A DNA stretch of 64,000 nucleotides from Candidatus Peregrinibacteria bacterium (GCA_020429235.1 JAGQLQ010000013.1:8050-72049); one strand, 5' to 3'; shown: positions 9,534 through 19,753, counted from the first letter of the stretch. Program-made: numbers and translations. The notes: a model not told the origin generated them from the sequence alone.

Positions 9534-10238
9534 CTAAGTCCTCCCCATGTAAAAATTCTTTTTCTTCGCATCAAAACGTTCAATCGCGTATCGCAGCATT
9601 GTTCGCGGCATAGTCCTATAATACTTCTTTAAAAACTGTTCTTCAGCCGATTGATCCTTCTTCCCAATCTCCCTCAGCGTCCACCCCACCGCCTTATGAA
9701 TCAGATCATGCGAATCGTTCACCAGAATCTCCGCGATAGCCAGCGCGTCCTCAAAATCTTTATCCGCAATAAAAGCAAACGTCGCAATCATAGCAATCCT
9801 CTTTTCCCACAAATCCTTACTTTGAGCAAAAGCATAAAGCGGCTTCCGGTCCTTATCCTTCAGCCACGCTCCCACAATCTTATGCGCACTGCTATCCACC
9901 AGATCCCAATTATTCACATACCGCGTACTACACATATAAAAATCATAAATCGATTTCTGTTCCGATTCCTCCGCGCGTTCAAATTTATAAACGAGCATAA
10001 AAAGCGCCGTTAGCCGATGTTCATGATAGCCACTCTGTAAAAGCTTCTCTACCTCAGGAAGCGACAGTTCCTTAAAATACTTTTTCGCCACTTTCCGCTG
10101 ATCCGGAACCGTAATCCCCAGGAACTTGTCACCCTCACCGTACTCACCTTTTCCCGTGCGGAAAAAACGCAAAGAATGTTTTGCCCTCACTGGATTTGCC
10201 AGCTGCTGAAGATCTTTTTTTATCTTTGGAAGACTCAT
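9534..10238 (-). CDS. DNA alkylation repair protein (AlkC/AlkD-like HEAT-repeat glycosylase family)
   Basis: Family-typical blocks: RFFRTGKGEYGEGDKFLGI, NNWDLVDSSA and HKAVGWTLRE. Confidence 0.8.
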   Translation of the reverse strand: MSLPKIKKDLQQLANPVRAKHSLRFFRTGKGEYGEGDKFLGITVPDQRKVAKKYFKELSLPEVEKLLQSGYHEHRLTALFMLVYKFERAEESEQKSIYDFYMCSTRYVNNWDLVDSSAHKIVGAWLKDKDRKPLYAFAQSKDLWEKRIAMIATFAFIADKDFEDALAIAEILVNDSHDLIHKAVGWTLREIGKKDQSAEEQFLKKYYRTMPRTMLRYAIERFDAKKKNFYMGRT

Positions 10239-10240
10239 AA

Positions 10241-10543
10241 TTACGACTTCTTTTTATCCAGTTTTTCAACCTTGAGGATTTTTACGCCAACATAAACCAC
10301 CAGCGCCACAATCACAAAATCAATCAAAGTGGTAACAAACGCGCCCCACATAATTTGTGATGAACCAATCGTCCATGAAGCACTACTCAAATCGCCAACC
10401 TTCCCAAGAAAAATCCCAACAAAAGGATTAATAATATTCTCCACCAGAGCAGTCACCACTTTCGAAATCGCTCCACCCAAAATAAAACCCACGGCCAATC
10501 CAACAACACCCTGCTCACGGATAAAATTTAAAAAACCTTTCAT
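10241..10543 (-). CDS. mscL: Large-conductance mechanosensitive channel
   Basis: MKGFLNFIREQGVVGLAVGFILGGA... and IINPFVG are MscL hallmarks. I moved the start to the internal Met. Confidence 0.8.
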   Translation of the reverse strand: MKGFLNFIREQGVVGLAVGFILGGAISKVVTALVENIINPFVGIFLGKVGDLSSASWTIGSSQIMWGAFVTTLIDFVIVALVVYVGVKILKVEKLDKKKS

Positions 10544-10596
10544 ACCAAAAAATGAGAGAATAAACGCTCTCATTCTACAAGGCTCCAGCAATCTCT

Positions 10597-11103
10597 TCAA
10601 ACACCAGGAAAAACCGGCGACTGTTCAACGATTTCAAACTGCCGCTGAATAACCGTGTTCGAGAAAAACAGCGTCGGCTCGCCATGATCCTTCGGCCCCT
10701 CAATCGTAATGCGCACATACGAATTATCGCTCAAGTTCACATGAACACTCTTATCAGCTTCAGGAGATCCAAACCATTGATTCACCTGATCCATATCAAA
10801 AGCCAGGTCAACAGGATCAATCTGAGCATTCAAAAACAAAAGATTAATCGTTTGGAGGGTGTCCTCAAGCTGGGAAAGATCAGCCTTGCGAAAAGCAGAT
10901 CGCAATATTTCGAAAAGATTTAAAATCCGGGTAGGTTCATCTTCGTCCAGCAATGCATCATCCTTTAGCGCATTATGAACAGCATCGTTAAAGCGCTGTG
11001 TTGGAATCTCTTCATCCCCAACAAATGAGTTTGGATCATCAGAAAAAGATTCAAGACAGGTATCAAGTTTCGGGAAATCATCAGTACGGTCTGGATGGCT
11101 CAT
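10597..11103 (-). CDS. Hypothetical acidic protein (168 aa)
   Basis: Clean ORF with no motif I recognise. Confidence 0.5.
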   Translation of the reverse strand: MSHPDRTDDFPKLDTCLESFSDDPNSFVGDEEIPTQRFNDAVHNALKDDALLDEDEPTRILNLFEILRSAFRKADLSQLEDTLQTINLLFLNAQIDPVDLAFDMDQVNQWFGSPEADKSVHVNLSDNSYVRITIEGPKDHGEPTLFFSNTVIQRQFEIVEQSPVFPGV

Positions 11104-11123
11104 GGAAGATAAAATAAAAAATA

Positions 11124-11594
11124 TTAACCGCGGGAAAATCCCTCGGTAGCCAAAAATGGTAGCCAGGATGTGGCGTCTTCAAAATCAAAAACATGTTCCT
11201 TTGACACGACTGGTGGCAAATATACAGGAGTCACAGACTCTTCAAATGTTGGAATGCTCACCACAGGAGTCAACTCCTCGGGAGGAGTAAAAGTCACTCG
11301 CGTCAGAAAAAAGACAGGAGAAGTAAGCTCCTCTTCAGTAGGAGTTTCATCCAAAACAAGAGTCTCAAACCCTCGAACTGGCGTTGTCATCATGTGGATA
11401 GGAAAAGGAGTCTCATCATCCTTCAGAATATCTTCCAGTTTTACGCGAATACCTTCGGCTATCTGACCGAAAAAAGCACGAGCCTGCTCCGCCTTATGGC
11501 TTCCAGGTCCGGCATCAATATCATCCAGTTCATACCCGACAATCAGGTTTTCAAGAGAGATGGGAGGGAGGTTTTTGTCCGAAAATTCTGACAT
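11124..11594 (-). CDS. Hypothetical acidic protein (156 aa)
   Basis: Clean ORF with no motif I recognise. Confidence 0.5.
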   Translation of the reverse strand: MSEFSDKNLPPISLENLIVGYELDDIDAGPGSHKAEQARAFFGQIAEGIRVKLEDILKDDETPFPIHMMTTPVRGFETLVLDETPTEEELTSPVFFLTRVTFTPPEELTPVVSIPTFEESVTPVYLPPVVSKEHVFDFEDATSWLPFLATEGFSRG

Positions 11595-11643
11595 AATTGT
11601 GAAAAATGTTCCGGGAAAAAATACGGACCCTTACATCTGAAGT

Positions 11644-11676
11644 CAACCCCACATTGTGCATTGCAATGTGAGGTTG
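11644..11676 (-). terminator. 13-bp hairpin between the 78 aa and 156 aa genes (terminator/attenuator-like)
   Basis: CAACCCCACATTG ... CAATGTGAGGTTG. The single mismatch becomes a G-U pair only on the minus strand. A T-run lies about 20 nt downstream on the minus strand. Confidence 0.4.
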
Positions 11677-11704
11677 ATTTCCACTGCAACAAAGTTGCAA
11701 TTTT

Positions 11705-11941
11705 CTATGAACTTTTCAATATATCTTGGGCCCTTTTCTCAAGTTTTTCCCAAGCCGATATAGTCTTTCGTTGGAGCTCTTCCGCCATCTCTTTTGAAGA
11801 TTTTTTCAGATTTTCATAGGCTTCTTCAAACTCCTTTTTTTCATTTTCAATTTTTGCTTCAGCTTGTTTTGCCTTTATATCAGCTATAAGTCGATGATAT
11901 TTTGCCTCAATTCCATCAAGTACACCTTCAACAATATCCAT
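11705..11941 (-). CDS. Hypothetical coiled-coil protein (78 aa)
   Basis: Small K/E-rich helical ORF. Confidence 0.45.
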   Translation of the reverse strand: MDIVEGVLDGIEAKYHRLIADIKAKQAEAKIENEKKEFEEAYENLKKSSKEMAEELQRKTISAWEKLEKRAQDILKSS

Positions 11942-11973
11942 AATTAAGTAGAGTTAAATAATAAGTAAAAAAC

Positions 11974-12309
11974 TTATTTTGCAACACTTCCCATAGCGCC
12001 AGCAAGAATACTCACGATCAACGCCATAAAGAAGGCTGGCCAAAATCCTTCAATTGTAAATCCATCAACCAGATTTGCTGCTAACCAAATCATCAAAGCA
12101 TTAATCACCAAAGTAAAAAGCCCCAAGGTTAAAATATTAACTGGTAAAGTCAAAAGTGTGACCAAGGGTTTCACAACAAGGTTAATGATTCCAAGAACAA
12201 CTGCCGCTACAAGAGCTGCACCAAATGAAGCAACGGTAACACCTGGAACAATATAGGCACCAATCATTACAGCCACTGTAGTGACAAGCCATATAATTAA
12301 GAGTTGCAT
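11974..12309 (-). CDS. Phage holin family 4-like (YvlD-type) small membrane protein
   Basis: MQLLIIWLVTTVAVMIGAYIVPGV...LVVKPLVTLLTLP pattern with four TM helices. I moved the start to the internal Met. Confidence 0.6.
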   Translation of the reverse strand: MQLLIIWLVTTVAVMIGAYIVPGVTVASFGAALVAAVVLGIINLVVKPLVTLLTLPVNILTLGLFTLVINALMIWLAANLVDGFTIEGFWPAFFMALIVSILAGAMGSVAK

Positions 12310-12405
12310 AAAGGATGGGGTTAAGTAATAATAATTTACGATATGACAATTAAAATATATCAATTTGAAATATAATTGTCAATATGAATCATTAAATTAA
12401 TCAAT

Positions 12406-12741
12406 ATGGAAAATAATTTTTACCAGGAGATTGGGAAGCGAATCCAAAAAGTTCGAAAAGAGCATCGTGTCTCTCAGCGCGAATTAGCATCAAAAATTGG
12501 CAAAAAATCCGCTACATACATTAACCTCATTGAATCTGGTAAAAGAAAGATCAGCATTTTTGGTCTTACCAAAATCGCCAACGCCTTGGAGGTCCCCATC
12601 AACACATTTATCCACAAAAATTACCTGGAGCTAAACTCCTCGGAGCTTTTGGAATTAGCACTCATTTCAGATCGCCAAATCAGCACTTCTCAACGTAAAA
12701 TGATCATGGAATTTATCGAATTCATCAAAACCAGAAAATAA
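12406..12741 (+). CDS. XRE-family helix-turn-helix transcriptional regulator
   Basis: The RKEHRVSQRELASKIGKKSATYINLIESGKR helix-turn-helix. Confidence 0.8.
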   Translation: MENNFYQEIGKRIQKVRKEHRVSQRELASKIGKKSATYINLIESGKRKISIFGLTKIANALEVPINTFIHKNYLELNSSELLELALISDRQISTSQRKMIMEFIEFIKTRK

Positions 12742-12794
12742 AATTTTCGGATGTTTGTGATCAGAATGGCGGGTGCGAATAAAAGAGTTCAAAG

Positions 12795-15071
12795 TTACCC
12801 CCTCTTCAATCGCAAACTATTCAGCACCACTGAAACAGAACTGAACGCCATAGCAGCACTGGCAATAATCGGCGATAAAAGGATCCCAAAAAACGGATAT
12901 AGCACCCCCGCCGCAACCGGAATCGCAACCACATTATATCCAAACGCCCACATCAAATTCTGCTTAATAATACTAAGCGTCTTATTGGAAATCTCAATCG
13001 CATCCACCACCTTGTCGATCGTTCCATGTACCAAAACCACATCGCCGGCCTCTTTGGCAACATCCGTCCCTGTCCCCATGGCAATTCCAATTTGAGCTTC
13101 AGCAAGTGCCGGAGCATCATTAATACCATCACCAACCATCGCCACAAACAGCCCTTCCTCTTTCAGCTTTCGAATCTGTTCAGCTTTTTCAGTCGGCAAA
13201 ACTCCCGCAATCACCCGATCAATTCCAAGCTCCCCAGCAATGTAACCTGCCGTCTCTTGATGATCACCAGTTAACATCACAACCTTGATCCCTTTTGCAT
13301 GGAGAGCCTTGACCGCTTCTGCTGCCTCACTCTTTGGTTTATCCAACAAAGCAAACAGGGCCACCTCTTTCCCTTCCACCGCCATCGAAACCACGGTCTT
13401 CCCCTGCGAATGCAGTTTCTCAGCCCTCTTCTGCAACGATGCATCGGCCTCAACACCGGCCTTCTTCATCAGCTTTTCATTCCCAATCACCACCTTTTCA
13501 CCCTTGTGCATACCGCTCACACCCATACCTTCATGCAGCTCAAACTCTTCAACCTTTACCTTCTCAAACGAAGCCCCCTCCTCTTCAGCCTTGGCAGTAA
13601 TTGCTTCTGAAAGCGGATGTTCAGACAAGTGCTCCAATGCCGCTGCAACCGCCAGCCAATCCTTCTCTTTCCCAGGCTCACAAAAAATCTCATCAACCAC
13701 TGGTTTTCCCTCCGTTAACGTTCCCGTTTTATCAAAAACAATCGCCTCAATTTTATGGGCATGCTCCAACGACTCCGCATTTTTAATAAGGATTCCATTC
13801 GCCGCCGCCTTTCCGGTTCCAACCATCACTGCTGTTGGCGTCGCAAGTCCCAGCGCACACGGGCAAGCAATAATCAAAATCGCAGTCGCAATATAAATGG
13901 CCGTAGAAAGGGTTCCTCCTGGCAGTTTAATACCAATCCCCGACGCAAAAAAGTACCAAAACACAAACCCAACAATCGCTATCGCAATCACAATCGGTAC
14001 AAAAATTCCAGAAATCTGATCAGCCAATTTTTGGATAGGAGCCTGAGTCCCCTGGGCTTCCTCAACCATACGAATGATCTGTGAAAGAAGAGTCTCCTCA
14101 CCAACCTTTTCAACCTTAAACTGAAAAGATCCCGTCTTATTCACCGTCGCACCAATCACACTATCCCCAACAGATTTCTCCACCGGAATCGATTCCCCCG
14201 TCACCGCGGATTCATCAATCGAAGCGCTTCCCTCAACAATAACTCCGTCCAACGCAATCTTTTCACCCGGTCGCACCACCACAATATCTCCTGCAGCAAG
14301 ATCATCTACTTTCAACTTCACCTCTTCCCCATTTTTCAAAACAGTCGCCTCCTTTGCCTGGAGTTCAAATAGTTTTTTGATCGCATCATTCGCCTGTGAT
14401 TTCGCCTTCGCTTCAAAAAATCGACCCAACAAAATAAAGAAAACAATAAATGCTGCTGCCTCAAAAAAGACCTCCTGTTGAATATCAGCAAACACCCATG
14501 GTGCGAACGTTACCACGGTCGAAAATGTCCATGCAGTCGTCGTGCCAAGGGCCACTAATGTATCCATATTGGCAGTTTTTGATTTAAGAGCACTCAAAGC
14601 ACCCGTAAAAAATCCACCGCCACCATAAAACAGAATAATCGATGCTAAAACAAACTGAACAACAAAGAAAACATTCATTTCAATTCCTGCCACATTAATC
14701 ATCCCAAGCGGAGCGTGCATCATTTCCACAACGCCAAACGCCTGCAAAATCATCATCACCATCATCACGGCAAAAGGTACGAGCGCCACGCCCGTCACCA
14801 ACAGTTTCCGCCGCAAAGCCTTATACTCCTTCATCTTCTCATCATCTTTCTGAGCTTCATCCTTCACCAGTTTATAGTTCCCAACACTCCCCACAATCTT
14901 CATCAGCTGATCAAAACTCAACTGCTCATCATCATATTCAATATTGAGCATCTCGGTTGAAAAGTTCACATTGGCCCTTTTGACCGCTTTTTGTTCGTTC
15001 AACTCCCTCTCAATCAAGGTCTTACAAGAGGCACAATGCATCCCTACAATAGAGTATGTTTCTTTTTTCAT
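12795..15071 (-). CDS. copA: Copper-translocating P1B-type ATPase
   Basis: N-terminal HMA domain (GMHCASC), CPC transmembrane metal site ([11 protein letters not shown]), DKTGTLT phosphorylation site and [10 protein letters not shown] hinge. Confidence 0.9.
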   Translation of the reverse strand: MKKETYSIVGMHCASCKTLIERELNEQKAVKRANVNFSTEMLNIEYDDEQLSFDQLMKIVGSVGNYKLVKDEAQKDDEKMKEYKALRRKLLVTGVALVPFAVMMVMMILQAFGVVEMMHAPLGMINVAGIEMNVFFVVQFVLASIILFYGGGGFFTGALSALKSKTANMDTLVALGTTTAWTFSTVVTFAPWVFADIQQEVFFEAAAFIVFFILLGRFFEAKAKSQANDAIKKLFELQAKEATVLKNGEEVKLKVDDLAAGDIVVVRPGEKIALDGVIVEGSASIDESAVTGESIPVEKSVGDSVIGATVNKTGSFQFKVEKVGEETLLSQIIRMVEEAQGTQAPIQKLADQISGIFVPIVIAIAIVGFVFWYFFASGIGIKLPGGTLSTAIYIATAILIIACPCALGLATPTAVMVGTGKAAANGILIKNAESLEHAHKIEAIVFDKTGTLTEGKPVVDEIFCEPGKEKDWLAVAAALEHLSEHPLSEAITAKAEEEGASFEKVKVEEFELHEGMGVSGMHKGEKVVIGNEKLMKKAGVEADASLQKRAEKLHSQGKTVVSMAVEGKEVALFALLDKPKSEAAEAVKALHAKGIKVVMLTGDHQETAGYIAGELGIDRVIAGVLPTEKAEQIRKLKEEGLFVAMVGDGINDAPALAEAQIGIAMGTGTDVAKEAGDVVLVHGTIDKVVDAIEISNKTLSIIKQNLMWAFGYNVVAIPVAAGVLYPFFGILLSPIIASAAMAFSSVSVVLNSLRLKRG

Positions 15072-16426
15072 AGTAAAGGATTAGAGGTAAAGCTCACGAT
15101 AGCAGGGGTAACCATCCCCATTGAGCACGTGATTTTATAACTCCCCGCTGCTGGTTCTCCTAAATCAACCACATTCTCTCCCGGTTCAAGAAAATGGTAG
15201 CCATCCATCAAACCGAAAACACTTAATGCTACCGCGCAACCATAGGCTCCCTGATTATCTACCACCAGCTTCGTTGGTTTACCCGCTTCAAAAGTGGAAT
15301 CTCCGATCAAAAAATAGTCAAAATCTCGAGCCACAAGACTGATGACCTGTTCATTTTCAGAGGCCTGATAATTTGAGTGGAACTCAACATTTCCACTTCG
15401 TGAACCGCCAAGCTGGATGTCGGAAAGGCTCGGCAGACCAAGCACATTGAACTGACTATTAATGTTATAGAAAGCAAAGAAGATCAAAATAATTCCTACC
15501 ACCTGGTTGAACGCCAGACTCAAGTGCGGCTTGCTTCCAAAGCCAACACTCGTAAAACTAATAACGAGCAAAGCCGGCAGCGTTCCAAAAGCAAACGCCA
15601 ACATAATGCCTGCACCAGCCATAAAAGAGCCGGAAGCCAGCGCCGCCCCCTGAGCAATCAACGTAAACCCACAAGGAAGAAAGAAGGTCAAAGCTCCCAC
15701 AATATAGGCTGCACTTCCTTTTTCACTCTTTTCGGCAATACCAGAACTCAAAAATTTCGGCAGAGCTAAACGTACTTTTCGGGCAAACTCAAACTCCAGC
15801 ATTTGCAAAGCCAAAATCACCATCACAATCGAAATCACAATCACCAAAATCGCACTCAGCAAAAGCCCCTCAAACTGAATAGCCGAACCAATCGCCCCCA
15901 GTACTCCTCCCAAAACAAAGAAAGAAAAAATCCGTGAAGAATGGAACGCCGTATGCGATTGCAGTGCCTTCTTTTGCCAATGCTTTGAAAGCGACAAAAG
16001 AACACCACCTATCAGCGCCGCACAGCTGGACACACTGGCAATCAATCCCAGCAAGAATGCAGAAAAAAATGAAACTCGCCCATCTAGACTCACGAACCGT
16101 CCAAGCTGCAACTGTTCAAACACAAAGAAAAGTACCAGAACCAACACCGCAACGGTCAAACTCTTAAAAAGCTTTGGCTTTGGCCGATCATCAAACGGCT
16201 CATCAGACACTTTATAATTCAATTTTCGCAATCCAGCATTCAATTTCTTAAAATGGAATTTCGTCCCAGGTTGAAAATACACAGTTGCGCTATGACTATT
16301 CAAAGAGACGTCAGCGTACTCCACACCTTCAATCTTCAGGAACTCCTTTTCAAGAAGAACTTCACATGCGGAGCAGTGCATCCCCTGAACATAAATGGTT
16401 TTTTGGCTCAGATGTTCTTTTGACAT
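15068..16426 (-). CDS. HMA domain - TauE/DsbD_2-like membrane domain - cupredoxin-like domain fusion protein
   Basis: N-terminal GMHCSAC, a six-TM core, and a C-terminal beta domain ending ...YKITCSMGM. It overlaps the copA start by 4 nt, suggesting translational coupling. Confidence 0.7.
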   Translation of the reverse strand: MSKEHLSQKTIYVQGMHCSACEVLLEKEFLKIEGVEYADVSLNSHSATVYFQPGTKFHFKKLNAGLRKLNYKVSDEPFDDRPKPKLFKSLTVAVLVLVLFFVFEQLQLGRFVSLDGRVSFFSAFLLGLIASVSSCAALIGGVLLSLSKHWQKKALQSHTAFHSSRIFSFFVLGGVLGAIGSAIQFEGLLLSAILVIVISIVMVILALQMLEFEFARKVRLALPKFLSSGIAEKSEKGSAAYIVGALTFFLPCGFTLIAQGAALASGSFMAGAGIMLAFAFGTLPALLVISFTSVGFGSKPHLSLAFNQVVGIILIFFAFYNINSQFNVLGLPSLSDIQLGGSRSGNVEFHSNYQASENEQVISLVARDFDYFLIGDSTFEAGKPTKLVVDNQGAYGCAVALSVFGLMDGYHFLEPGENVVDLGEPAAGSYKITCSMGMVTPAIVSFTSNPLL

Positions 16427-16427
16427 A

Positions 16428-16700
16428 CTATTTATAGTTAAAGAGTGTCAGCAGTTCGCTCGTAGCTTTCTCAGTTTGGCCCGACTGAATATGATGAACG
16501 TGGCAGTTTTTAAGATGATCCTCGATCAAAAGCAGATCCACTTTCTTCAAAGCGCTCTGCACTGCCCGGGATTGATGAACAACATCAACGCAGTACACAT
16601 TGTCCTCCAGCATCTGTTCAATTTTTCGAAGATGCCCCTGGATTATTTTGACTCTATGAAGAGCTTTATCTTTCACCGTTTTTTTTCGCCGTCTATCCAT
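16428..16700 (-). CDS. csoR: Copper-sensing repressor, CsoR/RcnR family
   Basis: The 90 aa product carries the family pattern RVKIIQGHLRKI...CVDVVHQSRAVQSAL...HLKNC. Confidence 0.85.
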   Translation of the reverse strand: MDRRRKKTVKDKALHRVKIIQGHLRKIEQMLEDNVYCVDVVHQSRAVQSALKKVDLLLIEDHLKNCHVHHIQSGQTEKATSELLTLFNYK

Positions 16701-16716
16701 AAGTTATGATTTTAAA

Positions 16717-16740
16717 ATATCCCCCTAGGGGGGATTATAT
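16717..16740 (-). promoter_or_regulatory. CsoR-type operator overlapping a perfect -10 box of the csoR-copA operon
   Basis: ATATCCCCCTAGGGGGGATTATAT is a C5-TA-G6 pseudo-palindrome. On the minus strand, TATAAT overlaps its edge and TTGATT sits 18 nt upstream. Confidence 0.6.
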
Positions 16741-16804
16741 CATAAGTCCAAAGATAGAATCAATACTACCAAAAAATCCCTGATACTCAGGCCAGGGAAT
16801 ACAA

Positions 16805-16881
16805 TGGCGGAACGGACGGGACTCGAACCCGCGACCTCCTGCGTGACAGGCAGGCGTTCTAGCCAGCTGAACTACCGCTCC
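16805..16881 (-). tRNA. tRNA-Asp (GTC), CCA encoded
   Basis: Hand-folded cloverleaf: GGAGCGG acceptor stem, CTGTCAC anticodon loop, GGTTCGAGTCC T-arm. Confidence 0.9.
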
Positions 16882-16998
16882 ACATCAAATTGTCACTTGC
16901 CCGAAGGCCAGAGAATAATACTAACCGCACACAGGTTTTGCAAGCGGTTTTACTCTCCGCTATTATGCCTGCACAAAATCGCATCATAAAAGCCACAA

Positions 16999-18126
16999 AT
17001 GGCCACCATCGGCATCGACTGCAGAATGTACTCATCGCGCTTCACTGGCATCGGCCGCTACGTGTACGAGCTCACATCCAACCTCTTCAAAATCGACGAC
17101 CAGAATCATTACGTCCTCTTTTTTAACGATCCCGAATACAGCGAATTCACTCCGCCAAACGATCGTGTCACCAAAGTCCGGGCCAACGCGCGCCACTATT
17201 CACTTTCAGAACAGATCAAACTCCTCTTCCTCCTTCGCAAATACAAACTGGATCTCATGCATTTCACCCATTTCAACGCACCGATCCTCTTCCGCCACCC
17301 ATCCATCGTCACCATCCACGACCTCACGCTTTCCTTTTATCCAGGAAAGAAGATGACATCCGGCCTCTTCCGTCATGCCTACAAAAAGACGATCTCTTCC
17401 GCGGTGAAGAACGCCAAAAAAGTGATCGCCGTCAGCCAAAACACTAAGAAAGATATTCAGGAAATCCTCCACACCGACCCATCCAAAATAGAAGTGATAT
17501 ACGAAGGCGTAAACGCCAACTTCCGCCCGATCGAAGATGAAACCTATAAGATGAAACTCAAAGAAAAGTTGGGGATAAGCGGACCTTTCCTTCTCTATAC
17601 CGGCGTGTGGCGCACCCACAAAAACCTGCAAAACCTTATCCGCGCGTTTTCTATCCTAAAAAAGGAGTATGGATACGACGGCAATCTGGTCATCACCGGC
17701 AAACACGATCCAACCTACGCCAAAGAGATCTTCCGCCTCACCTCAGAGCTCGCCCTCACCCAGGACATCATTTTCACCGGCATGGTCGAAGAACTGGAAC
17801 TCATCGCCCTCTACTCGGCAGCCCAGGTCTACGTCTTCCCATCACTCTACGAAGGCTTCGGCCTTCCTCCATTAGAAGCCATGCAATGTGGTACACCGGT
17901 CGCTACCAGCTCTGCATCCTGCATGCCAGAAATCTGCGGCGAAGACAACGCCCTCTTTTTTGATCCGCAATCCCCTCAAGACATGGCTGAAAAAATCTTT
18001 CGCCTCGCCAGCGAACATACCCTCCCCGAAAAACTTATCGAAAACGGTTTCCAGCGGGTCAAACAGTTCAGCTGGGAAACCATGGCCAAAGAAACCCTCG
18101 CCCTCTATAATGAGTGCCTTAACTAA
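16999..18126 (+). CDS. Glycosyltransferase family 1 (GT4-type, GT-B fold)
   Basis: C-terminal EGFGLPPLEAMQCGTPV motif; 375 aa. Confidence 0.8.
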   Translation: MATIGIDCRMYSSRFTGIGRYVYELTSNLFKIDDQNHYVLFFNDPEYSEFTPPNDRVTKVRANARHYSLSEQIKLLFLLRKYKLDLMHFTHFNAPILFRHPSIVTIHDLTLSFYPGKKMTSGLFRHAYKKTISSAVKNAKKVIAVSQNTKKDIQEILHTDPSKIEVIYEGVNANFRPIEDETYKMKLKEKLGISGPFLLYTGVWRTHKNLQNLIRAFSILKKEYGYDGNLVITGKHDPTYAKEIFRLTSELALTQDIIFTGMVEELELIALYSAAQVYVFPSLYEGFGLPPLEAMQCGTPVATSSASCMPEICGEDNALFFDPQSPQDMAEKIFRLASEHTLPEKLIENGFQRVKQFSWETMAKETLALYNECLN

Positions 18127-18133
18127 AGTCACT

Positions 18134-18487
18134 ATGTGGAAATCCCTTCAAGACATCCTCCCCAAAGCCGCCGGTAAATACAACTTTGCCGGAACATTAA
18201 AGGCAATCGAGGTCTGCCAGGAGTACCGCAACATCGCCAAAGAGATCTTCACGGAAGAAGCCCTTAAAAGCACTTTCCCAAAATCATTTAAGGAAGGCAG
18301 CTTTACTATTGGCGCTCTTAACTCTGCCTGGGCCAACAAAATCCAGATGAATAAACACCGTATTCATCAATCTCTCCAAAAAAAATTCGGTGAAAAAGCA
18401 GTCCACACAGTAAAAATAGAAATCGCCGAAAAACTCCCGACTGACGCCGCCCTGCAGGAGCCTCCAGCCAGCCAAGAAACAGCTTGA
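18134..18487 (+). CDS. DUF721 (DciA-like) protein
   Basis: The internal ATG at 18134 gives a 117 aa protein with the DUF721 pattern (...GSFTIGALNSAWANKIQMNKHRI...). The longer track ORF overlaps the glycosyltransferase gene. Confidence 0.6.
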   Translation: MWKSLQDILPKAAGKYNFAGTLKAIEVCQEYRNIAKEIFTEEALKSTFPKSFKEGSFTIGALNSAWANKIQMNKHRIHQSLQKKFGEKAVHTVKIEIAEKLPTDAALQEPPASQETA

Positions 18488-18551
18488 CAACACGACAATA
18501 AAAGCTACACTAAACGAGCTAAAATCCAATTATCCTTTAATTTAAAACATT

Positions 18552-19031
18552 TTGCTACGAATCAGACTAACGAGAACAGGAAAAAAAGGACAACCAAGTT
18601 ACCGTGTTGTCGTAGCCGAAAAAAGTAAGGCTGTAAAACGAAAATACTTAGAATTACTCGGGCACTATCTGCCTGCGGTTCAACCAAAAAAGGTGGAACT
18701 CAACAAAGAACGAATCGAATATTGGATTAGCAAAGGAGCACAGCCAACCGATACAGCTGCTGCACTCTTTAAGAGTCAGGGGATGGATGGCATGGAAAAA
18801 TTCATGGAACCACGAAACAAGAAAAAGAAGAAGAAGGGTGAACAGCCAGAGGAAGAGGCGGCTCCAGCAGCAGCCCCTGCCCCTGCCGCAAGTGCAGATG
18901 CACCGGCTGCCGCACCGACTGAAGAAGCAAAGTCTGAAGAACCTGCAAAGGAGGAAGCCCCTGCTGAAGAGCCTAAAGCAGAGGAAAAACCTGCTGAAGA
19001 AGAAGCAAAAGAAGACGCTCCAGCTGCCTAA
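18552..19031 (+). CDS. rpsP: 30S ribosomal protein S16 with ~75 aa A/E/K/P-rich C-terminal extension
   Basis: MLRIRLTRTGKKGQPSYRVVVAE... from a TTG start. The tail is low complexity. Confidence 0.9.
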   Translation: MLRIRLTRTGKKGQPSYRVVVAEKSKAVKRKYLELLGHYLPAVQPKKVELNKERIEYWISKGAQPTDTAAALFKSQGMDGMEKFMEPRNKKKKKKGEQPEEEAAPAAAPAPAASADAPAAAPTEEAKSEEPAKEEAPAEEPKAEEKPAEEEAKEDAPAA

Positions 19032-19096
19032 CTGGCAGAAGATTTTACAGATCGAAGCTTTTTACGCTACAATTCAAATAATCTAACCTATTCACC

Positions 19097-19381
19097 ATGG
19101 ACGACAAAGATTTTGCAACCGGGCCAGATCGGGATTTTGTCGAGTTCATTGTTAAACAGATCGTCGAAAACCCTGATGATGTAGAAGTAACCCGCTCGGT
19201 CGACGAGATGGGAGTCCTCATCACGCTCAAGGTCCACAAAGACGACATGGGTAAAGTCATCGGAAAGAATGGACAAACTGCCAAATCTCTCCGTATACTT
19301 CTTCGCGTCATTGGATCAAAAAACAATGCCCGCGTGAACCTCAAAATCGTCGAACCAGACGGCACCGAGGTCATGGCTTAA
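19097..19381 (+). CDS. KH-domain RNA-binding protein (YlqC/UPF0109 family)
   Basis: The GKVIGKNGQTAKSLR GXXG loop, in the conserved position after rpsP. Confidence 0.8.
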   Translation: MDDKDFATGPDRDFVEFIVKQIVENPDDVEVTRSVDEMGVLITLKVHKDDMGKVIGKNGQTAKSLRILLRVIGSKNNARVNLKIVEPDGTEVMA

Positions 19382-19402
19382 ATCACATAATCATCGCTTG
19401 CT

Positions 19403-19753
19403 ATGGGAGATTCCATTATCGAATCGGCACAACAGTACGACATCGTTGAAATTATTAACAAAGGGCTTGCATATGCCATTATCATTGCAGGTTTTCTTTC
19501 AGTCGTATTCATTTTCATGGGAGGGATCTCATTCATTCTTTCTGGCGGACAGGAAGACAAAATCAAGCAGGCAGTCGGAACCATCCGCTACGCTATCATC
19601 GGTTTGATCATCACTATTCTTGCCGTTGTAATCGTCGCGACTGTTGGTCGTGTCATCGGACTCGACATCATCCGCTACATCAACTTCTCAGACATCATCG
19701 AAAACATCTCCAGCATTTCTGACAGCGCTGGAGGAAGCCGCAGCCTGGATTAA
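19403..19753 (+). CDS. Small two-TM pilin-like protein (TrbC/VirB2-like class common in CPR genomes)
   Basis: TM - GGxxFxLSGGQEDKIKQ - TM architecture. It is a paralogue of the gene at 49387..49779. Confidence 0.5.
   Translation: MGDSIIESAQQYDIVEIINKGLAYAIIIAGFLSVVFIFMGGISFILSGGQEDKIKQAVGTIRYAIIGLIITILAVVIVATVGRVIGLDIIRYINFSDIIENISSISDSAGGSRSLD

Noticed and set aside
13285-13896. Long antisense or out-of-frame ORFs in the track, for example 13285..13896, 1221..1907, 2158..2646, 22702..23244, 24375..24908, 37576..38091, 47188..47682 and 48349..48828.
   Set aside because: Each lies entirely within a confidently identified gene on the other strand or frame. Their products are low-complexity S/P/R/H-rich sequence typical of shadow ORFs, and they are especially long in the GC-rich island.
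16804-16989. ORFs overlapping tRNA genes: 16804..16989, 48149..48343, and the N-terminal 29 codons of 51059..51379.
   Set aside because: Their sequence is explained by tRNA-Asp, tRNA-Thr/Tyr and tRNA-Pro. The 51059 ORF was shortened to start after the tRNA.
18840-19031. Whether the A/E/K/P-coding repeats at the 3' end of rpsP are a tandem DNA repeat or VNTR.
   Set aside because: The repetition is at the amino-acid composition level. I could not find a regular nucleotide period, so I treated it as a low-complexity protein tail.
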